DNA of 64,000 nt, from NCBI GenBank assembly GCA_963705165.1, contig CAVPJD010000024.1, positions 147,119-211,118 of the forward strand, written 5' to 3'. This document shows positions 20,731 through 30,610 of the stretch, piece by piece (positions within the stretch are counted from its first letter, which is position 1; every line of letters starts with the position of its first letter). The DNA is from an uncultured delta proteobacterium (GTDB lineage: Bacteria; Desulfobacterota; Syntrophia; Syntrophales; UBA2192). The translations under genes were made by a program, and so were the position numbers. Under the pieces are notes generated by a model. It searched no databases and had not been told where the DNA came from. It saw nothing but the letters and a program-made list of their open reading frames with translations.

Positions 20731-21363
20731 ATGCAGGTCACGCCGCAACGCATCGTCAGGGCTGCCGGGAACCGCGCCGAGGTTGCCTTCCGGTTTCTGC
20801 TGCGCCTGTTTCTCCCCTTCGACCCGTGGCATCGCCTGCCGCTTGCCGCAAAGGATTATGCCGTCGGCATCATCGAACACCTGAATTCCCTTCCTCGAAA
20901 TCGGCGTGGGCGAGCGGCGGACATCGGCTGTGGCCTCGGGGACATCCTTCTCAATCTTCGTTTCGAGGATCGCCTGGGTCTCGACAATGACCCGGCCGTT
21001 CTCAGAGGCGCCGAGATTATTCGCAAGACTCACCTCAGGGGCAAGGCCCGTTTTACTGTTTGCTCGTTTCCCGAAGTTCAGCTGGATGGCGGCTTCGACG
21101 CCATGATCATGGTCAACTGGCCCCATGCCTTTCCACCGGATCCGTTAAAAAACGGCATCTCTCGCATTTTCCGGGACAACCTGAACGACGGCGGCTGTCT
21201 CATCATCGACACGGTTTCAAAAAACGGCTACCCCTACCGCCATTCGGCGGATTTTCTGCTCGGCGACCTGGGTGGGGTCGTGAAGCAAATCGGCGACTAT
21301 CCCTGCGGGCGCAGAGTGTGGAAGGCAACTAAAGGACTGGAAGTGAGGAAGATCGGAAGTTAG
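20731..21363 (+). CDS. class I SAM-dependent methyltransferase
   Basis: ADIGCGLG and LGLD motifs; start uncertain. Confidence 0.75.
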   Translation: MQVTPQRIVRAAGNRAEVAFRFLLRLFLPFDPWHRLPLAAKDYAVGIIEHLNSLPRNRRGRAADIGCGLGDILLNLRFEDRLGLDNDPAVLRGAEIIRKTHLRGKARFTVCSFPEVQLDGGFDAMIMVNWPHAFPPDPLKNGISRIFRDNLNDGGCLIIDTVSKNGYPYRHSADFLLGDLGGVVKQIGDYPCGRRVWKATKGLEVRKIGS

Positions 21364-21421
21364 GAAGAGAGGAGCCATTTGGAATTATTCCTAACTTCCT
21401 GGCTTCCTAACTTCGTAGCTT
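21340..21421. repeat. inverted pair of 8-nt period GAAGnnnG arrays overlapping the methyltransferase stop
   Basis: gaagtgag gaagatcg gaagttag gaagagag ... ctaacttc ctggcttc ctaacttc. Confidence 0.85.
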
Positions 21422-21489
21422 AATGAACAACAGGGCGTTTGCCGCGGCATGCGCAGGGAAGCCAAAAGAAAACGAAGCCGTGCGACCAG

Positions 21490-21828
21490 CTACCGCGTGG
21501 GCCCGTTCATCTCCATCCGTTCCCACCAGGCTTTGCGCTCCCAGATATTGCGCAGGCCTATTTCGTGCTGGACATCCTTCATCCGCTGCCTGAGGTCTCC
21601 GAGGTAAACTTCCCGGGACACGCCCCCCGGGGCCGCGCCACCCGCCCCGACGCGAACCATCTCATCTTCCAGCCGGTCCTGGTAGCGGATCAGTTCAACC
21701 TTTGACATGAGCTTGTAATCGGCCGCAAGAACCCCTTCCGGATACGTGCGCTTCGGCTCGGCACACCCCGGCACCAGGCAGACGGTTGTCAGGCACAACA
21801 ACAAAATGAGTGTCGCTAGCTTCGGCAC
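21490..21828 (-). CDS. hypothetical lipoprotein
   Basis: Signal-like N-terminus ending VPGC followed by a charged helical body. Confidence 0.7.
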   Translation of the reverse strand: MPKLATLILLLCLTTVCLVPGCAEPKRTYPEGVLAADYKLMSKVELIRYQDRLEDEMVRVGAGGAAPGGVSREVYLGDLRQRMKDVQHEIGLRNIWERKAWWERMEMNGPTR

Positions 21829-22035
21829 GGCCCTGATCCACGATGAAATGTGTCCCTGGCGAAACCTTAATACTCTTTCCCTCTACTTTCAAGGGCTCCT
21901 GTCAGCGCGGGGGCGCTATTTTCATGCCCTGCGGAAAGAAAACCGCTGGCAGCCTCCCGAGAAAAAGTGTAGATTACGGAAAGCTTTTTCGGATCCATCT
22001 GTCCCACATGCAGAACCGCCGGAGAGGTCACAGAC

Positions 22036-23652
22036 ATGAAACACAGACCCATCCTCATTTCATCCCTGGTCGCGCTCCTTCTGCTCTTCTCCCTGGCCGG
22101 GTACTCGGCGATGCCCACAACCGTCGAGCAGGTGCCCCGGCTGACGAAGGAAGCCGTCAAGGAGATGCTCGGGAAGCCCGACGTCGTCATCGTCGACGTC
22201 CGCTACATCAAGCAGTTCGAACAGAGCGACAAGAAGCTCCCCGGGGCCGTTTTCGTCCAGCCCGAAAACTTCGACGAGTTCGTCAAGAATCATCCGCAGA
22301 AGGACAAGACCTACGTCCTCTACTGAGCCTGACCGCAGGAGTACACGGCCGCCCGGGGGGCGGTTGAACTTTACAAGCGCGGTTACACGAAGGTCTACGC
22401 CCTGACGGGCGGGTGGAACGATTGGGCCAAGGCGAACTACCCCACGGAGAAGAAGGAGATCGCGTCGGCGAAGAACTGCGTCCTCTGCCACACGGCGATC
22501 ACTCCCGGCATCGTGTCGGACTGGAAGCTGAGCCGGCACAGCCAGAAGGGAGTCGACTGCGCCGTCTGCCACGGCGACAAGCACTTCTCACCGGAAACGG
22601 CGGACAAGGCCGAGGTCCCGACGCCCGAGCGCTGCGCCTACTGCCACGGCACCCAGGTTAAGCAGTTCATGGGCGGAAAGCACGCCAAGGCCTGGGACGT
22701 CATGAAGGCCATGCCCACCTTCCACATGCAACCCATGGCCCTGATGGACGGCATGAAGGGCTGCGGCGGCTGCCACAAGATCGGCATCAAGAAGGAAGAC
22801 GAGATCAAGGAGCTCCGAAAGCAGGGGGGCCAGTTCGGCGTTGCCTCCTGTGATTCCTGCCACACCCGCCACCTCTTCTCCAAGAAGGAGGCCCAACAGC
22901 CTCAAGCCTGCCAGACCTGCCACATGGGCATCGACCACCCCCAGTGGGAGATGTACTCCTCGTCCAAGCACGGGGTGCGCTATCTGCTGAAGCAAAACGG
23001 CGTCCTGCCCGAGAGCGCGGCGGCGCCCACCTGCCAGAGCTGCCACATGTCCGGCGGCAACCACGGCGTGCGCACGGCATGGGGGTTTGTGGCCGTGAGG
23101 CTCCCGCTGCCCGAGGACAAGAAGTGGGCGGCTGACCGGACGACGATCCTCAAGGGTCTGGGGGCCCTCGATTCATCGGGCAAGGAAACGGCCCGCCTCG
23201 GCGTGCTCAAGGACCTCGACGTATTCCGGACGACCCAGGAGGACTGGCAAAAGGAGCGCGACCGGATGTTCAACAATTGCCGCCAGTGCCACTCGCCGAA
23301 CTTCGCCAAGGGGGAACTCGAGAAGAGTGACAAGATGATCCGCGAGGCGGACCGCCTGCTGGCTGAGGCCATCGAGATCGTTGCGGGGCTCTACAGGGAC
23401 AAGATCATCCCCAAGTCGAAGTATTACGCCTATCCCTACCCCGATCTCCTGGCGTTCCACGACGCCCCGACGTCCATCGAGCAGAAGCTCTACCTCATGT
23501 TCCTGGAGCACCGGATGCGGACCTTCCAGGGCTCCTTCCACGCCAACCCCGACTACGCCCTCTGGTACGGATGGAGCAAGATGGTGTCGGATATCACGGA
23601 GATCCGCAAGATGGCGGCGGACCTGAGGAAGGAAAAGAAGGCAAAACGATAG
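22036..23652 (+). CDS. secreted rhodanese (two Sec, U97-A-U99) fused to a HAO-fold octaheme cytochrome c; 538 aa via double UGA readthrough
   Basis: ORFs 22036-22326 and 22513-23652 are in the same frame and separated only by TGA 22324 and TGA 22330. Readthrough gives VLY-U-A-U-PQEYTAARGAVELYKRGYTKVYALTGGWNDW, completing the rhodanese, and 8 CxxCH motifs. Confidence 0.85.
22346..22366 (+). promoter_or_regulatory. candidate bacterial SECIS hairpin
   Basis: cggccgccc-ggg-gggcggttg; G-rich apical loop about 22 nt after the second UGA and 28 nt after the first. Confidence 0.7.
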
Positions 23653-23673
23653 AAGAACCAAGGAGAAACGCGT

Positions 23674-23994
23674 ATGCGACAGCTGAAGACCAACCGGCGC
23701 GGTCCATGGTTGGCCCTGGTCTGTGCCCTGCTTATCACCGGCCTGCTCATGACGGGCGGGTGCTACAGCGCCTATCTTTGCGACAACGGAAAGACCATCA
23801 AGACGAGAGACCAGGTGAGCGGACAAAAAGTCGTCATCGACGTGGGCGACGGGGACATCATCCTGCCACGGGTCCCTGCCGCCGAGGGATCGAAGTTCAG
23901 CGACGGGAGGAGAACTTTCTGGTTCAAGGGGGATGAACTTGTGGTTGAGGCGGCCGGCAAAACCCCCTACGGCCGTTGCGTTCTGCAAAAGTGA
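23674..23994 (+). CDS. MliC/PliC-like lipoprotein
   Basis: Lipobox-like MTGGC; YLCDNG, LPRVPAAEGSKFSDG...FWFKG and C-terminal Cys. Confidence 0.75.
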   Translation: MRQLKTNRRGPWLALVCALLITGLLMTGGCYSAYLCDNGKTIKTRDQVSGQKVVIDVGDGDIILPRVPAAEGSKFSDGRRTFWFKGDELVVEAAGKTPYGRCVLQK

Positions 23995-24027
23995 TCGGCT
24001 ACAATCCGTATTTCCATCATACCCTGC

Positions 24028-24064
24028 AAAAAGGCGTTCTTCATGAAGGGCGCCTTTTTTGTTT
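24028..24064 (+). terminator. intrinsic terminator
   Basis: aaaaaggcgttcttc-at-gaagggcgcctttttt. Confidence 0.7.
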
Positions 24065-24141
24065 GCCAAATGCCCTCCTCCCCCTTTACAAACCCATTCC
24101 CCAGCTTCATATTAATGAACAAACCAAAAGGAGGAAAGGCC

Positions 24142-25245
24142 GTGAAAACCTTTTTCCTCACCCTGATCGTTTCCATCCTGGCACTCGGGTGCCAGAGCAC
24201 GGAAACCAAAGCCACCGAGGGGAAGAATCCAATGACAAAAGAAGCTCAGAACCAGAGGGTCGCCACCTTTGCCGGCGGATGCTTCTGGTGCACGGAATCG
24301 GATTTCGAGAAGGTGCCCGGCATCCTGAAGGTCGTCTCGGGATACACGGGCGGTAAAAAGGAAAGCCCGACCTACGAGGAAGTCTCCTCCGGCCGCACGG
24401 GCCACCTGGAGGCCGTCCAGGTTTATTACGACCCGGCAAAGGTCACCTACGAGCAGCTCCTGGAGGTCTTCTGGCGGCACATCGACCCCACCGACGGCGG
24501 CGGGCAGTTCGTCGACCGGGGCCCCCAGTACCGCAGCGCCGTTTTCTACCATGATGAGGAGCAGAAGAGGATCGCTGAACAATCGCGCGACGCCCTGGCC
24601 AGATCGGCGAAGTTCGCCAGGCCCGTCGCAACAGAGATCCTCCCCCTCACAAAGTTTTACGAGGCCGAGGAGTACCACCAGGATTACTACAAGAAGAGCC
24701 CCTTGCGATACCAGTTCTACCGGTCCAATTCGGGCCGCGACACTTTCCTGAAAAAGACCTGGGGCGATGAGAAGCCGAAATCCGCGGCGCCGGCGGGAAA
24801 GGCCTACGCGAAGCCCGACGACGCCGCCCTGAAACAGAAACTCACCCCGCTGCAGTACCAGGTCACGCAGAAAGAAGGCACGGAGCCGCCCTTCAGAAAC
24901 GAGTACAACGACAACAAGCGCGATGGGATCTACGTGGACATCGCCTCGGGCGAGCCCCTGTTCAGCTCGCAGGACAAGTATGACTCCGGGACGGGCTGGC
25001 CGAGTTTCACGAAACCGCTCGAGCCGGGCAATGTCGTCGAGCGGGCGGACAGGAGCCTTTTCACGGTCCGCACGGAGGTTCGCAGCCGTCACGGCGACTC
25101 CCATCTCGGCCACGTCTTCCCCGACGGGCCCGCTCCTACGGGACAGCGCTTCTGCATGAACTCGGCGGCCCTGCGATTCATCCCCAAAGAAGACCTGGAA
25201 AAGGAAGGCTACGGCGAGTACCTGAAACTGTTTGAGAAGAAGTGA
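24142..25245 (+). CDS. msrAB: exported bifunctional methionine sulfoxide reductase MsrA/MsrB
   Basis: AGGCFWC and AEEYHQDY (MsrA); [14 protein letters not shown] and RFCMNS (MsrB); LALGC lipobox; GTG start after ggagg. Confidence 0.95.
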   Translation: MKTFFLTLIVSILALGCQSTETKATEGKNPMTKEAQNQRVATFAGGCFWCTESDFEKVPGILKVVSGYTGGKKESPTYEEVSSGRTGHLEAVQVYYDPAKVTYEQLLEVFWRHIDPTDGGGQFVDRGPQYRSAVFYHDEEQKRIAEQSRDALARSAKFARPVATEILPLTKFYEAEEYHQDYYKKSPLRYQFYRSNSGRDTFLKKTWGDEKPKSAAPAGKAYAKPDDAALKQKLTPLQYQVTQKEGTEPPFRNEYNDNKRDGIYVDIASGEPLFSSQDKYDSGTGWPSFTKPLEPGNVVERADRSLFTVRTEVRSRHGDSHLGHVFPDGPAPTGQRFCMNSAALRFIPKEDLEKEGYGEYLKLFEKK

Positions 25246-25332
25246 TGAGGTGAAAAGAAAAAATACAGGTTGAACGGCAGGGACAAATCGGTTATCCATC
25301 GGACGTTACAAATCCGTTACGAGGAGGGGGAG

Positions 25333-26097
25333 ATGAACGTCATCAGGATCATGCCTTGCCTGGACATGAAAAACGGCCGTGTCGTGAAGGGGGTGCACTT
25401 CGTGGACATCCGCGACGCAGGCGACCCCGTGGAGAATGCCGCCTTCTATCAGAAGGAGGGGGCCGACGAACTGGCCATGCTGGACATCGCGGCAACGGTG
25501 GAAAACCGCAAGACCCGGCTGGAATGGGTGAGGCAGGTCTCGGCCGTCATCACAATCCCGCTCACCATGGGGGGCGGGATCAACAGCCTGGAGGACATCG
25601 CGCTCGTTCTCGGGGCCGGGGCGAGCAAGGTTTCCATGAACAGCGCCGCTGTGAAGAATCCGGAGCTCGTCCGGGAGGCAGCAAAAAAATACGGTTCCGA
25701 CAAAATCACCGTCGCCATCGACGCCCGGCGCAACAAGGCGATGCCCTCGGGCTTCGAGCTTGTCGTCGCGGGCGGCACGACCCCCGTGGGGAAAGACGCC
25801 ATCGCCTGGGCAAAGCAGTGCCAAGCCCTCGGGGCGGGAATCATCCTGCCGACGAGCATGGACGGCGACGGGACCCTGGCCGGTTATGATCTCGAGTTCA
25901 CAAAGGCCATCTCCGACGTGGTCACCGTGCCCGTCGTGGCCTCCGGCGGGGCGGGAAAGCTGGAGCACTTCTACGAGGCCGTCGTGAAGGGCGGCGCAAG
26001 CGTTGTCCTTGCCGCCTCGGTCTTTCACTATCGGACCTTCAGCATCCGCCAGGTGAAGGAGTATCTCCGGGACAAGGGGCTCAAGGTCACCCTCTGA
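25333..26097 (+). CDS. hisF: imidazole glycerol phosphate synthase cyclase subunit (stand-alone)
   Basis: RIMPCLD...GRVVKG, TSMDGDGT.GYD, ASGGAG, LAASVFH. Confidence 0.9.
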   Translation: MNVIRIMPCLDMKNGRVVKGVHFVDIRDAGDPVENAAFYQKEGADELAMLDIAATVENRKTRLEWVRQVSAVITIPLTMGGGINSLEDIALVLGAGASKVSMNSAAVKNPELVREAAKKYGSDKITVAIDARRNKAMPSGFELVVAGGTTPVGKDAIAWAKQCQALGAGIILPTSMDGDGTLAGYDLEFTKAISDVVTVPVVASGGAGKLEHFYEAVVKGGASVVLAASVFHYRTFSIRQVKEYLRDKGLKVTL

Positions 26098-26136
26098 GCG
26101 CAGGATCGAGACGCGGGAATGCAGAGCGAAGGGGCA

Positions 26137-26206
26137 ATGGAATGCTGGGTTTTGAATTAATTTCCGGTACCCATTATTCCATTCTTCCAATACTCCAGTA
26201 TTCCCT
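26137..26206. repeat. inverted 8-nt period GGAATnnT / AnnATTCC arrays
   Basis: aatggaatgctggg ... ccattatt ccattctt ccaatact ccagtatt cc. Confidence 0.75.
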
Positions 26207-26217
26207 TGGATAGTACG

Positions 26218-27015
26218 ATGCTGGAAAATGAAGCCGCAATTCGCCTGGGATTCTTTCTGGGCACGTTGACCGTTCTCGCATTTCTGGAGCGGATGGCGAC
26301 GAGGCGCGTGTTGAGCGTTCCCAAGCCGGCCCGCTGGTTTGCCAACCTGGGGATCGTCACGGTGAACACGCTCATCGTGCGCTTCCTCTTTCCCGTTCTC
26401 CCGGCGGGCTTCGCACTGCTGTGCCGCCAGGAAGGGTGGGGCCTTCTGAACTATTTCCAGGTGCCTTACGGGATTGCCGTCCTTGCCGGGGTGGTCCTCT
26501 TCGACTTTTTCATTTATATCCAGCACGTCCTTTTTCATCACGTGCCCACCCTGTGGCGCCTGCACATGATCCACCACACGGACCTCGATTTCGATCTCAC
26601 AACGGGGATCCGCTTTCACCCCGTTGAAATCCTCCTGTCCATGGGGATCAAGCTCGGGCTTGTGTACCTCTTCGGCCCGCCGGCCCTGGCGGTCATCCTC
26701 TTCGAGATCCTCCTGAACAGCACGGCCATGTTCAGCCACAGCAACCTCAGGCTCCCTCTGGCCCTTGACCGGATCGTCCGGTTTCTCCTCGTGACACCGG
26801 ACATGCACCGCGTCCACCACTCCGTTATCATCGGGGAGCGCAACAGCAACTTCGGCTTCAATCTCTCCATCTGGGACCGCCTCCTCGGGACCTACCGCAC
26901 CCAGCCCGAAAAGGGGCACGACGGGATGACGATCGGCCTGGCCAACTTCCGCGACCCGTCCCGCCTCAGTCTGCTGAGGCTTATGATCCTGCCATTCACC
27001 CGCCAGCACCCCTGA
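26218..27015 (+). CDS. sterol desaturase / fatty-acid hydroxylase family membrane protein
   Basis: His boxes HVLFH, HMIHH and HRVHH; RFHP; NSNFG. Confidence 0.92.
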   Translation: MLENEAAIRLGFFLGTLTVLAFLERMATRRVLSVPKPARWFANLGIVTVNTLIVRFLFPVLPAGFALLCRQEGWGLLNYFQVPYGIAVLAGVVLFDFFIYIQHVLFHHVPTLWRLHMIHHTDLDFDLTTGIRFHPVEILLSMGIKLGLVYLFGPPALAVILFEILLNSTAMFSHSNLRLPLALDRIVRFLLVTPDMHRVHHSVIIGERNSNFGFNLSIWDRLLGTYRTQPEKGHDGMTIGLANFRDPSRLSLLRLMILPFTRQHP

Positions 27016-27018
27016 CGC

Positions 27019-27117
27019 TGGAGCAATGGAGTAATGGAATACTGGAATAATGGGTAAGAAGAATCTTCCTCCATCACCCCCATCATTCCACTGCTCCAAT
27101 ATTCCAACATTCCAATC
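27019..27117. repeat. inverted 8-nt period GGAnTAnT arrays
   Basis: tggagcaa tggagtaa tggaatac tggaataa tggg ... ccatcatt ccactgct ccaatatt ccaacatt cca. Confidence 0.85.
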
Positions 27118-27252
27118 CGTCCGCGCTCGCAGCTTCTTTCCGAAAAAACCTCTGGACGAATGGTGGCCAAAAGCGGTATGGATGACCGCTTTTGGAGGCG
27201 CGCTTCGATGGAACCGGCGAGAATAGAAGGCGGAGGTAACGACCGGCTGGCC

Positions 27253-29346
27253 ATGGTCATCCTGACTACCATGGTTTTCGTGGGAGCCCTCCTGCTTTTA
27301 GGGCTCGAGCCCCTGGCGGGACGCTTGCTGACGCCCTACTTCGGCGGGGCGGCCCATGTGTGGCTCACCTGCCTGATGTTCTTTCAGGCCGTTCTGTTCA
27401 TCGGGTATCTTTACGCGCACCTCTTCGCAAGAAAACTGGGCGTGTGGCACCTGGCCATCCTTGCCCTGCCTCTCGTGAATTTGCCGCTCCAGGTCCATGC
27501 CCAGCCCGACCCGAACGCCCCTCTCGGGCACCTGCTCTATGTCCTTTCCCTTTACGTGGCATTGCCTTTCGCCGTGCTGTCGACAACGGCCGTCGTGGCG
27601 CAGACGTGGCTGACCCATTCCCGGGTGGGGCGACACCAGGAGCCCTACCCCCTTTATGCCGCCTCCAACGCAGGCTCCCTCATCGCATTGCTCGGCTACA
27701 CCTTTGTGGCGGAGCCGCTCATGGGGGTGAAGCTGCAGGGCGTGGCCTGGAGCCTGACCTACGTTCTCTACGCCGCCCTCGTCGTCGCCTCGTGGGTTCT
27801 GCTGCGCCCAAACCTGGGAGCGATGGCAGCCGGCGGGCAGGGGGAGACGAAGGCCGAGCCGGCGGCGATCGGCAAGAAGGTTTACGGCCAGTGGCTTCTG
27901 CTTTCCTGCCTGCCCTCAGCATTCCTTCTCGCCGTGACGAACTACATCGCCCTCGAGGTGGGGTCCTTCCCGCTCGTCTGGATCGTGCCACTTGCCCTGT
28001 ACCTGGGCAGCTTCATCGTCACCTTCCGGACAGGCGGCGGCGTTCCCCGTTTTCTGCAAAATCTATGGCCCGAGATCCTGCTGGCGGGGCTTCTCATGTT
28101 CCTCCTGGGACCGGTGCACTGGCTCGCCATCCTGGGGCACCTTGTGGTCTTTTTCCTCGTCTGCCTCGTGTCCCACGGAACGCTCTACGAGCTTCGCCCG
28201 CCGGCATCGCACCTGACGAACTTCTATCTCACGTCGGCCCTGGGCGGCTGGATCGGGGGGGCCCTCATCAGCCTGGGAGCGCCCTTCGTTTTTCCGGCCC
28301 TGTACGAATACCCGAGCATTGTGGCGCTTTTCGCCCCCGCTTTCTGGTGGTGCCGGGAGAAGCCCTTCACGCATCTTCGCACCCATTTCTCCTATGCAGC
28401 CATCGTGGGGCGTGCCGTGATCGTGGCCTTCCTCGTCTTTCTCATCGTGAAGGAAGGCTGGGAGGCCATGAAGGAGCCCGTGCGCTTCCGCCACCGGAAT
28501 TTCTACGGCACCTACACGATCTGGGATGTCGCAAGCTACCCGACGGACGTACGGCAGCTCCTTCACGGGCGGACCATCCACGGCGCCCAGATCCTCAAAC
28601 CCGAAGAGCGCCGAATCCCCATTATGTATTACTTCATCGGTGGCGGGATCGCCGATGTCTACGAGACAACGCCTCCCGTTCGAAGGATGGCCGTGCTCGG
28701 TCTCGGGGCCGGTGCCGCGGCGGCCTACGTCAAGCCGGGCGAGTCCATGACCTACTACGAGATCGACCCGGACAACGAGGGAATCGCACGGCACTGGTTC
28801 AGCTATCTCAACGAATCCGAGGGGGACGTGCGGGTGGTCGTGGGAGACGGGAGGCTGGCCTTGCAGCGGATCGGCCGCGATGAGCCGCCTTTTGACATCA
28901 TCCACATGGACGCCTTCACAGGCGACGGGATTCCCACCCACCTGCTGACGCGGGAGGCCGTGGAGATCTACCTCGAGCGTCTCGACCGAAACGGGGTCAT
29001 CCTCTTCCACGTGTCGAACCGCTATTATGAGCTGCGGCCCACCCTCAAGGCGATCGCTGCGCAGCTGGGGCTTGCGGGCGCCATCAACGTGCCCACGCCC
29101 AAAACCCAGCTGCAGGCCAACCAGAGCGCAACCTGGTGCGTGGCCCTTGCAAGGGAGCCGGAGAGGCTGAAGGGCCTTTTCGGCCGCGGTTGGATTCCCC
29201 TCGGCCCCGGTGACGGCCTGCCCGAAGTGACCGCCTGGACGGACGACTATATCAATATCCTCTCTCCGCTCTGGGAGGGCGCGAAGGAGCGCTGGGCAAG
29301 CTTCAGCTTTTCGGCCTGGGTGAAGTCTATCTGGCCGTGGAAGTGA
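27253..29346 (+). CDS. fused multi-TM / spermidine synthase-like methyltransferase
   Basis: About 12 TM segments with YAASNAGS; then HGRTIHG, LGLGAG, YEID, GDGR, DAFTGD, HLLTREA, WTDD. Confidence 0.88.
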   Translation: MVILTTMVFVGALLLLGLEPLAGRLLTPYFGGAAHVWLTCLMFFQAVLFIGYLYAHLFARKLGVWHLAILALPLVNLPLQVHAQPDPNAPLGHLLYVLSLYVALPFAVLSTTAVVAQTWLTHSRVGRHQEPYPLYAASNAGSLIALLGYTFVAEPLMGVKLQGVAWSLTYVLYAALVVASWVLLRPNLGAMAAGGQGETKAEPAAIGKKVYGQWLLLSCLPSAFLLAVTNYIALEVGSFPLVWIVPLALYLGSFIVTFRTGGGVPRFLQNLWPEILLAGLLMFLLGPVHWLAILGHLVVFFLVCLVSHGTLYELRPPASHLTNFYLTSALGGWIGGALISLGAPFVFPALYEYPSIVALFAPAFWWCREKPFTHLRTHFSYAAIVGRAVIVAFLVFLIVKEGWEAMKEPVRFRHRNFYGTYTIWDVASYPTDVRQLLHGRTIHGAQILKPEERRIPIMYYFIGGGIADVYETTPPVRRMAVLGLGAGAAAAYVKPGESMTYYEIDPDNEGIARHWFSYLNESEGDVRVVVGDGRLALQRIGRDEPPFDIIHMDAFTGDGIPTHLLTREAVEIYLERLDRNGVILFHVSNRYYELRPTLKAIAAQLGLAGAINVPTPKTQLQANQSATWCVALAREPERLKGLFGRGWIPLGPGDGLPEVTAWTDDYINILSPLWEGAKERWASFSFSAWVKSIWPWK

Positions 29347-29354
29347 CCGGAATC

Positions 29355-29538
29355 AGTGTCTGAGTGTTTGAGTGTCTGAGTGAAGAAGTGAAGATCAAAA
29401 AAATACAAGCCGCAGCAAAAGACTCAAAAAAACCCCCGTCATTCCGATACCGGAAGCGGGGGTTTTTCTTTTGTCTTGTCACCGAATGTCGGCCTTTTTT
29501 CTTCACTCAGACACTTAGACGCTCAAGCACTCAGGCAC
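29355..29538. repeat. inverted 8-nt period GTGTnTGA arrays enclosing a bidirectional terminator
   Basis: agtgtctg agtgtttg agtgtctg agtg ... cactcaga cacttaga cgctcaag cactcagg cac. Confidence 0.8.
29426..29472. terminator. bidirectional intrinsic terminator between convergent genes
   Basis: A7-cccccg...cggggg-tttttctttt. Confidence 0.75.
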
Positions 29539-29568
29539 CTCTTCCTTAGGCCCTTTGGGTCTGCCGGA

Positions 29569-30186
29569 TCAAACCGCTGGGAGCCGGGAGCGGTTACGCT
29601 CGTACTCCTCCATGACTTTCCTTGTGTACCCCGTCTTGGGCTCGCTGCTTCTCTGCATGTTCTGACGGGCCCGGGTATAGCCTACATTGTAGGCATAGAG
29701 GATGGCGTAATCGTTATCGTAATGCCGGCTCAGCCATGAGAGGTAGTAGACTCCGAAGCGTACGTTGGCGTGGGGACAGAGAAGGACATCCCGCTCGTAG
29801 GGGATCCCCACCTCCTCGGAGAACTCACGGGCCACCACGCGCTTGACCTGCATGATCCCGATGGCCCCGGCATCGGAGACGATGTCGTGGCGGAAGTTGC
29901 TCTCGGCATCCATGACGGCCAGAACGAGGCGGTAATCGACGGCATAACGCCGGGAGGCGTCATACATGGTCCTCGCCACTTCCCGGAGCTCTTCGTCCGG
30001 GATGAGGGCGTTCTTTTCCGCCAGGTGAGCCGCGATCAGCTCCACGGCGCGTGCTTCTTCCCAGTTCAATTCAAAACCGAGACCGCTGTAAGTGGTCTCG
30101 TGGGAAAAATTCAGGCTCGTCAGCGAAACCACGCCGATGATCATTCCGAGCAGAGCCAGTAGTCTCAAGGCTTTCATGTCTTTCAC
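29569..30186 (-). CDS. lytic transglycosylase (SLT domain)
   Basis: AESNF, GAIGIMQV, AYNVG motifs; N-terminal anchor. Confidence 0.9.
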   Translation of the reverse strand: MKDMKALRLLALLGMIIGVVSLTSLNFSHETTYSGLGFELNWEEARAVELIAAHLAEKNALIPDEELREVARTMYDASRRYAVDYRLVLAVMDAESNFRHDIVSDAGAIGIMQVKRVVAREFSEEVGIPYERDVLLCPHANVRFGVYYLSWLSRHYDNDYAILYAYNVGYTRARQNMQRSSEPKTGYTRKVMEEYERNRSRLPAV

Positions 30187-30610
30187 CCTTCTTTCCCCTG
30201 TCCGATCCCCCTCCGGCTGGTCTTGTCGCGGGGCAGTGTCTCAGGAGTTTTCGTTGGGGAGGTTCAGCGGGATGAGGAGACCGGAAGGTCAGATTGGTTG
30301 AAGAAGACTGTTACTTCATGCACCCGCTGCAACATTATTTACGCATATGTTACAAATCAATGAAGGTGATTGCAAGGGAAAAGTGATGATTTTCTTTAAT
30401 TTCTAAATTATATCAAGCAGATAGATAAAAAGTAGGGCTTTTTCAGCCCTTCGGTGCAGAAAATTCTTGATTTTCAGTATTAGGGCGGTTGCCGGGGGGA
30501 ACAAAGCCTCCTTGCCATCCCCCGGCGTTTCGGTTAACGTTGACCCTCCAGGACGGGGAGGCCCCTGCTGTCTCCGAAATCTGGCGCACAAGTCCATGAG
30601 GGAGAACGTC

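Noticed and set aside
22036..23652. Two separate genes (96-aa rhodanese fragment and 379-aa cytochrome), or a pseudogene
   Set aside because: The intervening in-frame sequence completes the rhodanese fold and adds heme 1. The downstream ORF has no signal peptide or clear RBS. The stops fall exactly at the active site and are followed by a SECIS-like hairpin.
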